A stretch of DNA of 63,281 nucleotides, filler included, from Callorhinchus milii (taxonomy: Eukaryota): the NCBI RefSeq assembly GCF_018977255.1. It is 2 parts of 2 records of this genome, joined end to end, with 100 filler letters (N's around TTAATTAATTAA, not from the genome) between each part and the next. Parts side by side here need not be neighbours in the genome. Positions count along the whole stretch, not along the records: positions 31,699 to 63,281 come from NW_024705614.1; 1 more part is not named here. One strand, written 5' to 3'. Positions 37,023 through 50,403 of this stretch are shown here, piece by piece. Position 1 is the stretch's first letter. Each line of letters begins with the position of its first letter. Below the pieces are notes generated by a model, which worked only from the letters and a program-made list of their open reading frames with translations, was not told where the DNA came from and searched no databases. The position numbers were made by a program, and so were the translations under genes.

Positions 37023-40000
37023 TGTTGTATCCTAACCCTTCTTCCATAATTGAGATTAATAATATTTGATGATTTTTATATATTATCTTTTTACTTGTTT
37101 TTTTGTAATGAGTGAAACACACCAAGCGCAGCAAACTGCAAAACACCAGGTGTTGTTAAGTAATGAACCGGAGGAGGGCTAGGATGGCAGAATTTACAAC
37201 CTTGCTTCAAGGGAAGATAAGGCCTGATGAACGGGCACATGTCACCCGTGCAGGCGGCAGAGACAGTGGGAGTGTCAGCCAGACATAGTTAAGGCAAAAG
37301 CCCAATCATCCTGCATGGTTTTAAAGTAACGTCAAAATTCGAAATTCAACAACAGAGTAGGCTAAATTATCGATCCTCGCGCTCGCTCAAATTGGAGACC
37401 AGGCTGCGAGCTACATCAATGAACCATTGCCCATTTGCTAATCCAATACTGAATGTTAATATTACTGAAGTCAAAACGAATTCTATGACCTCAGCACATG
37501 GGCAAATAATAGGGCAGTGTCGACTCAAAGGCAATGGAAGAAAACAGAGGCGCCTTTGTCTAAATCACAACCACAGAAAGCCAGGAATCATCACTGATTG
37601 TGTGTTCAGGAATTCCGAGCTAGTTAGAACACGTGCACAGGGGGGGAGCTGATGTAAACAACCCTGCGCGTCTGGATGTGAGGGGGCCTTGGACCTGGAA
37701 TCAAGAATAAACACTCCCAGAGCAGAAGGTTGGACAGGGGGAGAGGTGATTTAAAAGAGGGTTGTATATCTCTCAAGGCACAAGACCCAGCTGAACAACA
37801 CGGCTGCGGGGGTCACCAGAAGTTCGCATTCGCCTAGTTAAGACAAAAAGCTCAATTATTCTGTATTGCTATTAAAGTAACGTTAAAGTCGGAATTTAAC
37901 AACAGGGTAGGCTAAAGTTATTGATATTCACACCCACTCCAATTAAACCAGGCCACAAGTTACGCCTACTGAACCATCACCATTATTAAGTCAATATGAA
38001 ATGTTATTTCCATACTTTAATACTTTCTATACAACTCGACCCGAAGCATATGACAATCAGAACCTTCCTAAGTCAAAATTGAATCGCACCCAGACAGGAG
38101 CGAATAGTCGATATAAGGTTGACGAGGGAAGGAAATTAAGAGCACGGCGAACTGCAAACGTAAGCAAAAAGCCGGGAACAACACCAGCCCAGCAACAGCG
38201 AGTGGGGCTTCGACAGGCCATAAAGTAGAATAATAACTCCCGGGGTCAGGGGACACAAGAAGAAGCAGGCAGACAAAAACCAGAACTGACTCCAAGGTTC
38301 AACCGCCCTCACCTACTCAGGAGTGACGGAAATTAATGAGGCCTTGAATTAACGGCAGGCAACAACAACGGCGAGCAGAGATAGGGTGGGGCAAAGACTG
38401 CGGGCTATGAAATACAGCTTTGTGTCAGTAAAGCTCTGACAAACAAGTTAAGTTAAAGACATCACAATACATAATATCGCACATAACATCAATGTTAACG
38501 CTATTCACCGTAAACTATATTCCGCTTATATAACCATGCAGGCACCAAGGAATACGAATTCCTAGGATCAAGAAACTTACCCCTTAACCTAAGATATCGG
38601 AAATAAATTTATAGTAATAAGTATATGCATGAAAAGACAAAAGTAAAACTTATGGAAAAGCCAGGATAACGGGATGAATCACCACCAGGTCGAATATAAT
38701 ACATAATAAAAAAACGATGTTAAACCCAGGGTCGGAGAGAAAGGGAGATCCCGGCCGTCTTTGTATCCCCGCAGCGCGGGATAGGAGTGTGTATACGCTC
38801 GGGGAACACCTCCACTGGAGTCAAGCACCACGATGGGAAACGACAGACCTTAGGTTACATACAGAATCATAACTGTGAAATAGTAAGGGACAAATGTTAA
38901 CTTAAAACTTTTAACCATTTCTTTGTGCGCCGGGTCGGAGAGAGTGTTGCCCCTCCCTCCAGGTTGTGCAACACGAACAAAGACGCCTATGAGACGATTT
39001 GTAACGTCTGTGTTTTGGGTTCATGAAGAAGGCCAGACAAGAGATAAATTGCACCCAGACAGAGAGACGACTTCGAGGCAATTTGTAACATCTGATTGTT
39101 TGCTCGTGGGTTTTATGGAGGGAGTGTGACAACGGAATATACCGTCAGTGATGCACACAAGGACACACGGACGTACGGACACACACATGGACACACCTGC
39201 CTACGGACAGATCCTGACACAGCAAAAATCGGAAGCCCCGCCTTGTGGGCGGGATCCAGGGGGATTTTTCGGCATAAAGTAAAGGATCCTGAGCATTGGA
39301 AACCAGTGCGACGGGAGGGTCCACTCAGAAGCTCGACCGGGAGGGTCGACTCAGGAACGAGTGCGACCAGTGGGTCCACTCAGGAGCGCGACCAGCGGGT
39401 CCACTCAGGAGTGCGACCAGAGAGTCGACTCAGGAGCGAGGGCGACCAGCGGGTCGACCCAGGAGCGAGCTCGACCGGGAGGGTCGACTCAGGAGCGAGC
39501 TGCGACCAGCGGGTCGGCTCGACTCATCTTCAGCTCGTCAATCTCTGCTGCCGCCGGAGGTCTCCGCTGCCGCCGGTGGTGAGCGTCGCGACTTGGCGAC
39601 GATCCAGCGCTGCACGCTACGAGCGAGTTGTGGGCGCCACCTACCGACCGGGTTCCGAACTGCGACAGCGTATCAACAGCCATCCGAGCCAATTCACCAC
39701 GGTGACAGGGGAGCGCCTGATACGTATGACGCGCACCGCCCCCTCACCACACGACCACCAGGCGTCTGTTTGACATAAAGAATCGACTCCGAACACTGAC
39801 TATTCAAGACAACTCTTACCACTCAAACACACTCGAACCCATAAGCCATCCGTGGCTGGAAAGGCATCACAACGAGACCGAGTGATGGCCTCCGTCGTTT
39901 ATAAGAGTATTCTTAATTTTTATCTTTAATATTTAGTGGGCTGTACTCTTAATCGCATAAATTCCCAACAGATCCATCAATACGAACTGATTCTTGGCAC

Positions 40001-40999
40001 CTCCTTCCGCCGAGCCACGCTCACGTGGGGAGTGGTGGCCCACCGGATCCTTATCAGGTGATCTGGTCCCCAATTAGTAAACTTGGTATAAGATAACGAT
40101 CTTCGGAAAAGGAGCACCGTCGCAGGCCCTTACTCCGAGCCGTTCTGAGATAACCTGCCGATGTATCTGTTGAGATTGGTGCCTTTAAGAATAATAACTG
40201 TTTTTGATTGTGTTTTTTTTTATCGCCGTATAATCTTTCAAGTATCTTTCAGTCATAATCGCCGCACGTACTCGCATCCTCTACAGAATATTCAACTGTT
40301 CCGTGACCCAAGGTGTTAACAACGTGATAAGGGTTGCGTATGATCAATAAGGAGTGCGGTACTGCGTGAACAATATTGAGTATAATCATTCATTAACGTT
40401 AAGGTTTTCTTAGCATAGTATTTGCATGTTTTAACGACTCTCTCTCTCACTAAGAACCATCGCGTTATGCGGGATCCATGTGCCGTTGTCAAAGTGAAAT
40501 CAGACAATCGTTGATGATACTGTATTGATGCCGTATTGACGTTCCGGGATTGAGAGTTCGCATACTATATCATAGTTAAGGTTGAATTAGTAATAAATTG
40601 ATCAATACAGAAGTGGTTGTGTGATTCTTTCCTGAAATCTATGCATAAGATCTGCTTCTGCGTTGAGATTTGAACTTGGTGACCTTAATAAACACACTAA
40701 TACATACTCAGTAAATGTTAAAGCGATAACGGGGTGAACCGGGGTCTGGTTATCATAACGACTTGCATTATCATAATTACACCCACTCGCATAATTAATA
40801 CGATTACCTCTTGAATTGGCATAATTAAAATGTGCGTAATTACATAAATTAACATATTTCCGGATAATTACACATTTGGCCAAATTTCATTTAATTATTA
40901 TTATTTCCACTGAATATTCATAACCCACATATACAACATAATAATTTCACCCACGCACGCATACAACATAACAAATTTTCATACCCAACATATACAACA
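37023..40999 (+). repeat. LTR 1 (3,977 bp)
   Basis: TG...CA ends with an 8-bp terminal inverted repeat; followed by the PBS. Confidence 0.9.
39308..39525 (+). repeat. GC-rich 25-29 bp tandem repeat inside the LTR (GCGACCAGCGGGTCSACTCAGGA core)
   Basis: Also at ~45695-45913 and, with fewer units, at ~52385-52542. Confidence 0.85.
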
Positions 41000-41002
41000 T
41001 AA

Positions 41003-41023
41003 TGGGGGCTCGTCTTCCGGGAT
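41003..41023 (+). promoter_or_regulatory. Primer-binding site complementary to tRNA-Pro, with a 3-nt insertion
   Basis: TGGGGGCTCGTCttcCGGGAT against the canonical Pro PBS TGGGGGCTCGTCCGGGAT, 3 nt after the LTR end. Confidence 0.9.
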
Positions 41024-41282
41024 CTCTCGCAGACAGTTATGCATGAATTCAGGAACGAATCACTGATGTGTTAATCAAAGTGTTGTGAACTAACGTTGCC
41101 TTGTGATTGTAAACGGGGGTATACAAACAAAACGCGCTCTGAAGGAAATACCAGAGTAGCAGAGTATAACAAAGACAGCTGGGCTGAGATTATTTGCTCG
41201 AGTTGAACTGACGCATCCTGTGATACAATTGTTTATATGCACTCTGAAAAGAAATATTAAGGTAACTCTTGCCATACTTAAG

Positions 41283-43683
41283 ATGCTAGGATTAAGAATA
41301 ATATTTGAATGGGTTACGGGATACGGGGAGCTCGTATTTAAACGTACCGACCAATCTGTTACAAAGCAGTACAGTCAGAGAGACATATGGGAAGGGAGCT
41401 GTATCGATAACACGAACACACCTTGGGGGAAACTAATTGACTGGATAAAAGTAACGAAGGCAAACACGATGCAAAAACTGCAGAGAAGGCAGGACAGGAC
41501 TCATACCTTCTCACACAGGCATACAGACAGGGATTGTGGAATGAGGAAAATTTGGAAAGGAAACGGGAGAGAAATCGTCTCTAATAAACGACGAGAAATG
41601 TCCTCACACCCTCGAGAGGGAGGAGAAATCAAAGCTCGCGACACCAGCGAAACTCACAGACGTTGAGCCACAGAATAAATATGGAAGTAACATCAAATCA
41701 CTCTCTTGGGTACGTGGACAGAGTCCAGGGATTGATCGCACAAAAGTTAAAGTAAAATCGCCAGGACATGGTACACTAAGGGCAGAGGCAAAAACTGAAG
41801 GGAAATGGCAACACGAGCGACACGGCCCTGGGCGCGCACACAGAAAATGCACACCACTTAAACACAAGAGACACAGCACAGACCAAAGTGACAGATTGCC
41901 TGATGATAACTTGTTTGATGATGACGCTGTCAGCAATCAACTTTCGGAATACCTGTTCACCAGTAAAACCCTTAAGTTGATGGACAAGGCTCTAGTCAGA
42001 ATTCCCGATTTTGACCCCCACAATAAGACTATGGATATCCACACACATATCGCGACAGTGGAAGAGGAGGCAATGATTAGAGGGCTGAGGAGACGGGATG
42101 AAAAAGCGAGTTTGTTGAAACGGACCTTACATAAAGAATCTATTCCATGGGTAAAGTCACTACCACACAAGGTTAGAAATGATTTTAAACAATTGAGCCT
42201 GGCAGTGATTCGGAAGTTTGGAGAATATTCGACACTCACTGAGGGGTTTTATGCTGTAAAATCGATGACCCAGGGCATGGACCAAGATCCACGTGACTAC
42301 CTCGTCCAATTTAAAAGAGCGTATTACGCAGGCGATGTGAATCAATACCACGAAGGGGATAAAATGTTCAAAATTATGTTTTTTGAATCCTTGAGCCCAG
42401 AGATTACAGAAAGGGTGAGAATGGTTTTGAATCCAGAAACCGCATCCTTACGCCGCATAGAGAGCAAGGCGTACATGGCATGGTTATACAGAGCTAAGAA
42501 TCATAATTCGGATCCAGAACACAGGGAGAGGGATGAGGAACCCAGCCTCTCAGAGAGGAATAAAAATCACCGAGCAGTCCCACCATGCAGAGAGCAGCAG
42601 AAACGCACGCACACATGGCAAAATAACCCAGAGAGAGGTTGGCACGAGAATGAGAGCGGCACAAAGCCGAACATTCAGGAGAATCGCAGGAGGGGGAGGT
42701 TCAGAATAGAACCATACCAACACCCCATGCCCCGACATGCGCAAGGTCAAGATTACCCACAGGGATGGCGAAGTAACAATCCAGGAAAAATTTGGCACCC
42801 AAATGGGAAAAACACTGGGCCAAGGGTGCAGGAGAATCGTAGGAGGGAGAGGTTCAGAGCAGAACCATATCAACACCCCATCCCACGACACACGCAAGGT
42901 TCAAATTACGCACAGAGATGGGAAGATAACCACCTAGCGGGAAGGTGTTACACATACCGCGGAGGTATGGATGCGAACATTCACGAGAATCGCAGGATGG
43001 GAGGTCAAACACAATCGATCCAATTCCGACCAATTCCTCCACCGGCTATACCAGGAGGGAATAGAGGAATAACACAGAATACGGTCCAAATACGTGATGA
43101 ACCATCCACAGTGATTGAGAGCGGGCAGCCCATACGCGCCACACCCGCCGAGGTGTTAAACCCGGCGCTCAATGTGAAATACAGGCAGGCTGCAAGTGAC
43201 AGGGCGGGCAAAAACGTGGACAGTGCTCCCGTAAATGACGCGCGGATCGAATACAAGGACAGGGTTGCATTGAAGCGTGATCGGACAGTACAAAAACAGA
43301 CAGCAGGGACACGCCCTGAGGAGCGCAGGCATGAGCCTTTGAATGGAAAATATCCAAGGGAAACCAAAAATTATGTGGATCGGAGTGCTAAAATGGAGAC
43401 GAATGTCCATGACGTATCGGGAATGGTGTTGAAATCCAACACACTAGTAAAAACAAAGAGGGCAACATTACGAGGGACAGAATTAAATCGACACACTGAC
43501 TCGGCAAATGTGCATGTAATCGCAGAGAGAGCGAATGCCTCGAACCAAGTGTCAAAGTGGGTCGTGTGCGCGAATTCTGGTTATGTGCAGCACAATTTTT
43601 CACCACACACTCCCACGACACAGAGAGTGAGAGAGGAAACTACAAAAACGAACCCGAAAACCGTGATCGAATTATCGAAGTGA
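41283..43683 (+). pseudogene. gag: gag-like ORF copy 1, with two 1-nt deletions relative to copy 2
   Basis: Near-identical to 47664-50066 but missing a base at ~41448 and at ~41545. These may be homopolymer consensus errors. Confidence 0.75.
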
Positions 43684-44008
43684 TAAGTGGTGAACGAGGC
43701 AACATGAGGAAGGTAACGCATAAATGCGTTCGAAACCGCTACCTAGCGTTTCCCAGGATTTAACAAAAACAAAAATGAATATTCGTCGGAGTCATGATGT
43801 ATCAGAACCGATGTAACGCAATATCGATGTTTAACGCTTGTTTAATTTTCTTTGCTCAATTCAAATATAACCATGTTAAGTTGTGACACGTACGCGCGCG
43901 TTGTAAGGAATAGCAGCAAAACTTGAGGACAATCGATGGTTCATGATGGAAGAAGGGTATACATTTTTTTAAAAATAACCCGTGGCCATTTGACCACTGG
44001 TCATTTTT

Positions 44009-44020
44009 AAAAGGGCGGTA
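44009..44020 (+). promoter_or_regulatory. Polypurine tract (second copy at 50392-50403)
   Basis: AAAAGGGCGGTA / AAAAGGGCGGAA immediately 5' of the LTR TG. Confidence 0.7.
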
Positions 44021-47000
44021 TGTTGTATCCTAACCCTTCTTCCATAATTGAGATTAATAATATTTGATGATTTTTATATATTATCTTTTTACTTGTTTTT
44101 TTAATGAGTGAAACACACCAAGCGCACCAAACTGCAAAACACCAGGTGTTGTTAAGTAATGAACGAGAGGAGGGCTAGGATGACAGAATTTGCAACCTTG
44201 CTTCAAGGCAAAGGCAGTGAAGAAGCAAGGCCTGATGAAGGGAGGTAGAAGCACGCTGTCACCCGTGCAGGCGGCAGAGCAGAAGGTTGGAGGGACATGG
44301 GAGTGTCAGCTGCGGGGGTCACCAGAAGTTCGCATTCGCCTAGTTAAGACCAAAAGCTCAATTATCTGTATTGGTATTAAAGTAACGTTAAAGTCGGAAT
44401 TTAACAACAGGGTAGGCTAAAGTTATTGATATTCACACCCACTCCAATTAAACCAGGCCACAAGTTACGCCTACTGAACCATCACCATCATTAAGTCAAT
44501 ATGAAATGTTATTTCCATACTTTAATACTTTCTATACAACTCGACCCGAAGCATATGACAATCAGAACCTTCCTAAGTCAAAATTGAATCGCACCCAGAC
44601 AGGAGCGAATAGTCGATATAAGGTTGACGAGGGAAGGAAATTAAGAGCACGGCGGCAGACAAAAACCAGAACTGACTCCAAGGTTCAACCGCCCTCACCT
44701 ACTCAGGAGTGACGGAAATTAATGAGGCCTTGAATTAACGGCAGGCAACAACAACGGCGAGCAGAGATAGGGTGGGGCAAAGACTGCGGGCTATGAAATA
44801 CAGCTTTGTGTCAGTAAAGCTCTGACAAACAAGTTAAGTTAAAGACATCACAATACATAATATCGCACATAACATCAATGTTAACGCTATTCACCGTAAA
44901 CTATATTCCGCTTATATAACCATGCAGGCACCAAGGAATACGAATTCCTAGGATCAAGAAACTTACCCCTTAACCTAAGATATCGGAAATAAATTAATAG
45001 TAATAAGTATATGCATGAAAAGACAAAAGTAAAACTTATGGAAAAGCCAGGATAACGGGATGAATCACCACCAGGTCGAATATAATACATAATAAAAAAA
45101 ACGATGTTAAACCCAGGGTCGGAGAGAAAGGGAGATCCCGGCCGTCTTTGTATCCCCGCAGCGCGGGATAGGAGTGTGTATACGCTCGGGGAAACACCTC
45201 CACTGGAGTCAAGCACCACGATGGGAAACGACAGACCTTAGGTTACATACAGAATCATAACTGTGAAATAGTAAGGGACAAATGTTAACTTAAAACTTTT
45301 AACCATTTCTTTGTGCGCCGGGTCGGAGAGAGTGTTGCCCCTCCCTCCAGGTTGTGCAACACGAACAAAGACGCCTATGAGACGATTTGTAACGTCTGTG
45401 TTTTGGGTTCATGAAGAAGGCCAGACAAGAGATAAATTGCACCCAGACAGAGAGACGACTTCGAGGCAATTTGTAACATCTGATTGTTTGCTCGTGGGTT
45501 TTATGGAGGGAGTGTGACAACGGAATATACCGTCAGTGATGCACACAAGGACACACGGACGTACGGACACACACATGGACACACCTGCCTACGGACAGAT
45601 CCTGACACAGCAAAAATCGGAAGCCCCGCCTTGTGGGCGGGATCCAGGGGGATTTTTCGGCATAAAGGAACGGATCCTGAGCATTGGAAACCAGTGCGAC
45701 GGGAGGGTCCACTCAGAAGCTCGACCGGGAGGGTCGACTCAGGGAGGAGTGCGACCAGTGGGTCCACTCAGGAGCGCGACCAGCGGGTCCACTCAGGAGT
45801 GCGACCAGAGAGTCGACTCAGGAGCGAGGGCGACCAGCGGGTCGACCCAGGAGCGAGCTCGACCGGGAGGGTCGACTCAGGAGCGAGCTGCGACCAGCGG
45901 GTCGGCTCGACTCATCTTCAGCTCGTCAACCTCTGCCGCCGGAGGTCTCTGCTGCCGCCGGAGTGGTGATCGTTGCGGTTTGGCGACGATCCAGCGCTGC
46001 ACGCTACGAGCGAGTTGTGGGCGCCACCTACCGACCGGGTTCCGAACTGCGACAGCGTATCAACAGCCATCCGAACCACCACGGTGACAGGGGATCGACT
46101 GATACGTATGACGCGCACCGCCCCCTCACCACACGACCACCAGGCGTCTGTTTGACCTAAAGAATCGACTCCGAACACTGACTATTCAAGACAACTCTTA
46201 CCACTCAAAAACACTCGAACCCATAAGCCATCCGTGGCTGGAAAGCATCACAACGAGACCGAGTGATGGCCCTCCGTCGTTTATAAGAGTATTCTTAATT
46301 TTTATCTTTAATATTTAGTGGGCTGTACTCTTAATCGCATAAATTCCCAACAGATCCATCAATACGAACTGATTCTTGGCACCTCCTTCCGCCGAGCCAC
46401 GCTCACGTGGGGAGTGGTGGCCCACCGGATCCTTATCAGGTGATCTGGTCCCCAATTAGTAAACTTGGTATAAGATAACGATCTTCGGAAAAGGAGCACC
46501 GTCGCAGGCCCTTACTCCGAGCCGTTCTGGAGATAACCTGCCGATGTATCTGTTGAGATTGGTGCCTTTAAGAATAATAACTGTTTTTGATTGTTTTTTT
46601 TATCGCCGTATAATCTTTCAAGTATCTTTCAGTCATAATCGCCGCACGTACTCGCATCCTCTACAGAATATTCAACTGTTCCGTGACCCAAGGTGTTAAC
46701 AACGTGATAAGGGTTGCGTATGATCAATAAGGAGTGCGGTACTGCGTGAACAATATTGAGTATAATCATTCATTAACGTTAAGGTTTTCTTAGCATAGTA
46801 TTTGCATGTTTTAACGACTCTCTCTCTCACTAAGAACCATCGCGTTATGCGGGATCCATGTGCCGTTGTCAAAGTGAAATCAGACAATCGTTGATGATAC
46901 TGTATTGATGCCGTATTGACGTTCCGGGATTGAGAGTTCGCATACTATATCATAGTTAAGGTTGAATTAGTAATAAATTGATCAATACAGAAGTGGTTGT

Positions 47001-47379
47001 GTGATTCTTTCCTGAAATCTATGCATAAGATCTGCTTCTGCGTTGAGATTTGAACTTGGTGACCTTAATAAACACACTAATACATACTCAGTAAATGTTA
47101 AAGCGATAACGGGGTGAACCGGGGTCTGGTTATCATAACGACTTGCATTATCATAATTACACCCACTCGCATAATTAATACGATTACCTCTTGAATTGGC
47201 ATAATTAAAATGTGCGTAATTACATAAATTAACATATTTCCGGATAATTACACATTTGGCCAAATTTCATTTAATTATTATTATTTCCACTGAATATTCA
47301 TAACCCACATATACAACATAATAATTTCACCCACGCACGCATACAACATAACAAATTTTCATACCCAACATATACAACA
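44021..47379 (+). repeat. LTR 2 (3,359 bp), shared central LTR
   Basis: Preceded by the PPT, followed by the PBS; shorter than LTR1 and LTR3 because segments of its 5' part are missing. Confidence 0.9.
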
Positions 47380-47382
47380 TAA

Positions 47383-47403
47383 TGGGGGCTCGTCTTCCGG
47401 GAT
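47383..47403 (+). promoter_or_regulatory. tRNA-Pro primer-binding site, copy 2
   Basis: Identical to 41003-41023. Confidence 0.9.
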
Positions 47404-47663
47404 CTCTCGCAGACAGTTATGCATGAATTCAGGAACGAATCACTGATGTGTTAATCAAAGTGTTGTGAACTAACGTTGCCTTGTGATTGTAAACGGGGGT
47501 ATACAAACAAAACGCGCTCTGAAGGGAGATACCAGAGTAGCAGAGTATAACAAAGACAGCTGGGCTGAGATTATTTGCTCGAGTTGAACTGACGCATCCT
47601 GTGATACAATTGTTTATATGCACTCTGAAAAGAAATATTAAGGTAACTCTTGCCATACTTAAG

Positions 47664-50066
47664 ATGCTAGGATTAAGAATAATATTTGAATGGGTTACGG
47701 GATACGGGGAGCTCGTATTTAAACGTACCGACCAATCTGTTACAAAGCAGTACAGTCAGAGAGACATATGGGAAGGGAGCTGTATCGATAACACGAACAC
47801 ACCTTGGGGGAAACTAATTGACTGGATAAAAAGTAACGAAGGCAAACACGATGCAAAAACTGCAGAGAAGGCAGGACAGGACTCATACCTTCTCACACAG
47901 GCATACAGACAGGGATTGTGGAATGAAGGAAAATTTGGAAAGGAAACGGGAGAGAAATCGTCTCTAATAAACGACGAGAAATGTCCTCACACCCTCGAGA
48001 GGGAGGAGAAATCAAAGCTCGCGACACCAGCGAAACTCACAGACGTTGAGCCACAGAATAAATATGGAAGTAACATCAAATCACTCTCTTGGGTACGTGG
48101 ACAGAGTCCAGGGATTGATCGCACAAAAGTTAAAGTAAAATCGCCAGGACATGGTACACTAAGGGCAGAGGCAAAAACTGAAGGGAAATGGCAACACGAG
48201 CGACACGGCCCTGGGCGCGCACACAGAAAATGCACACCACTTAAACACAAGAGACACAGCACAGACCAAAGTGACAGATTGCCTGATGATAACTTGTTTG
48301 ATGATGACGCTGTCAGCAATCAACTTTCGGAATACCTGTTCACCAGTAAAACCCTTAAGTTGATGGACAAGGCTCTAGTCAGAATTCCCGATTTTGACCC
48401 CCACAATAAGACTATGGATATCCACACACATATCGCGACAGTGGAAGAGGAGGCAATGATTAGAGGGCTGAGGAGACGGGATGAAAAAGCGAGTTTGTTG
48501 AAACGGACCTTACATAAAGAATCTATTCCATGGGTAAAGTCACTACCACACAAGGTTAGAAATGATTTTAAACAATTGAGCCTGGCAGTGATTCGGAAGT
48601 TTGGAGAATATTCGACACTCACTGAGGGGTTTTATGCTGTAAAATCGATGACCCAGGGCATGGACCAAGATCCACGTGACTACCTCGTCCAATTTAAAAG
48701 AGCGTATTACGCAGGCGATGTGAATCAATACCACGAAGGGGATAAAATGTTCAAAATTATGTTTTTTGAATCCTTGAGCCCAGAGATTACAGAAAGGGTG
48801 AGAATGGTTTTGAATCCAGAAACCGCATCCTTACGCCGCATAGAGAGCAAGGCGTACATGGCATGGTTATACAGAGCTAAGAATCATAATTCGGATCCAG
48901 AACACAGGGAGAGGGATGAGGAACCCAGCCTCTCAGAGAGGAATAAAAATCACCGAGCAGTCCCACCATGCAGAGAGCAGCAGAAACGCACGCACACATG
49001 GCAAAATAACCCAGAGAGAGGTTGGCACGAGAATGAGAGCGGCACAAAGCCGAACATTCAGGAGAATCGCAGGAGGGGGAGGTTCAGAATAGAACCATAC
49101 CAACACCCCATGCCCCGACATGCGCAAGGTCAAGATTACCCACAGGGATGGCGAAGTAACAATCCAGGAAAAATTTGGCACCCAAATGGGAAAAACACTG
49201 GGCCAAGGGTGCAGGAGAATCGTAGGAGGGAGAGGTTCAGAGCAGAACCATATCAACACCCCATCCCACGACACACGCAAGGTTCAAATTACGCACAGAG
49301 ATGGGAAGATAACCACCTAGCGGGAAGGTGTTACACATACCGCGGAGGTATGGATGCGAACATTCACGAGAATCGCAGGATGGGAGGTCAAACACAATCG
49401 ATCCAATTCCGACCAATTCCTCCACCGGCTATACCAGGAGGGAATAGAGGAATAACACAGAATACGGTCCAAATACGTGATGAACCATCCACAGTGATTG
49501 AGAGCGGGCAGCCCATACGCGCCACACCCGCCGAGGTGTTAAACCCGGCGCTCAATGTGAAATACAGGCAGGCTGCAAGTGACAGGGCGGGCAAAAACGT
49601 GGACAGTGCTCCCGTAAATGACGCGCGGATCGAATACAAGGACAGGGTTGCATTGAAGCGTGATCGGACAGTACAAAAACAGACAGCAGGGACACGCCCT
49701 GAGGAGCGCAGGCATGAGCCTTTGAATGGAAAATATCCAAGGGAAACCAAAAATTATGTGGATCGGAGTGCTAAAATGGAGACGAATGTCCATGACGTAT
49801 CGGGAATGGTGTTGAAATCCAACACACTAGTAAAAACAAAGAGGGCAACATTACGAGGGACAGAATTAAATCGACACACTGACTCGGCAAATGTGCATGT
49901 AATCGCAGAGAGAGCGAATGCCTCGAACCAAGTGTCAAAGTGGGTCGTGTGCGCGAATTCTGGTTATGTGCAGCACAATTTTTCACCACACACTCCCACG
50001 ACACAGAGAGTGAGAGAGGAAACTACAAAAACGAACCCGAAAACCGTGATCGAATTATCGAAGTGA
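47664..50066 (+). CDS. gag: Intact Gag-like protein, 800 aa from the first ATG
   Basis: Follows the PBS. Capsid-like region IPDFD...W..SLP.....F..L...I.KF...QGMDQDPRDYL resembles Ty3/Gypsy Gag. No CCHC knuckle. Confidence 0.75.
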   Translation: MLGLRIIFEWVTGYGELVFKRTDQSVTKQYSQRDIWEGSCIDNTNTPWGKLIDWIKSNEGKHDAKTAEKAGQDSYLLTQAYRQGLWNEGKFGKETGEKSSLINDEKCPHTLEREEKSKLATPAKLTDVEPQNKYGSNIKSLSWVRGQSPGIDRTKVKVKSPGHGTLRAEAKTEGKWQHERHGPGRAHRKCTPLKHKRHSTDQSDRLPDDNLFDDDAVSNQLSEYLFTSKTLKLMDKALVRIPDFDPHNKTMDIHTHIATVEEEAMIRGLRRRDEKASLLKRTLHKESIPWVKSLPHKVRNDFKQLSLAVIRKFGEYSTLTEGFYAVKSMTQGMDQDPRDYLVQFKRAYYAGDVNQYHEGDKMFKIMFFESLSPEITERVRMVLNPETASLRRIESKAYMAWLYRAKNHNSDPEHRERDEEPSLSERNKNHRAVPPCREQQKRTHTWQNNPERGWHENESGTKPNIQENRRRGRFRIEPYQHPMPRHAQGQDYPQGWRSNNPGKIWHPNGKNTGPRVQENRRRERFRAEPYQHPIPRHTQGSNYAQRWEDNHLAGRCYTYRGGMDANIHENRRMGGQTQSIQFRPIPPPAIPGGNRGITQNTVQIRDEPSTVIESGQPIRATPAEVLNPALNVKYRQAASDRAGKNVDSAPVNDARIEYKDRVALKRDRTVQKQTAGTRPEERRHEPLNGKYPRETKNYVDRSAKMETNVHDVSGMVLKSNTLVKTKRATLRGTELNRHTDSANVHVIAERANASNQVSKWVVCANSGYVQHNFSPHTPTTQRVREETTKTNPKTVIELSK

Positions 50067-50403
50067 TAAGTGGTGAACGAGGCAACATGAGGAAGGTAAC
50101 GCATAAATGCGTTCGAAACCGCTACCTAGCGTTTCCCAGGATTTAACAAAAACAAAAATGAATATTCGTCGGAGTCATGATGTATCAGAACCGATGTAAC
50201 GCAATATCGATGTTTAACGCTTGTTTAATTTTCTTTGCTCAATTCAAATATAACCATGTTAAGTTGTGACACGTACGCGCGCGTTGTAAGGAATAGCAGC
50301 AAAACTTGAGGACAATCGATGGTTCATGATGGAAGAAGGGTATACATTTTTTTAAAAATAACCCGTGGCCATTTGACCACTGGTCATTTTTAAAAGGGCG
50401 GAA

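Noticed and set aside
37222..37255. CTGATGA plus hairpin in LTR1 as a retrozyme hammerhead
   Set aside because: No GAAA or cleavage triplet follows the stem, and the hairpin is not kept in LTR2 or LTR3.
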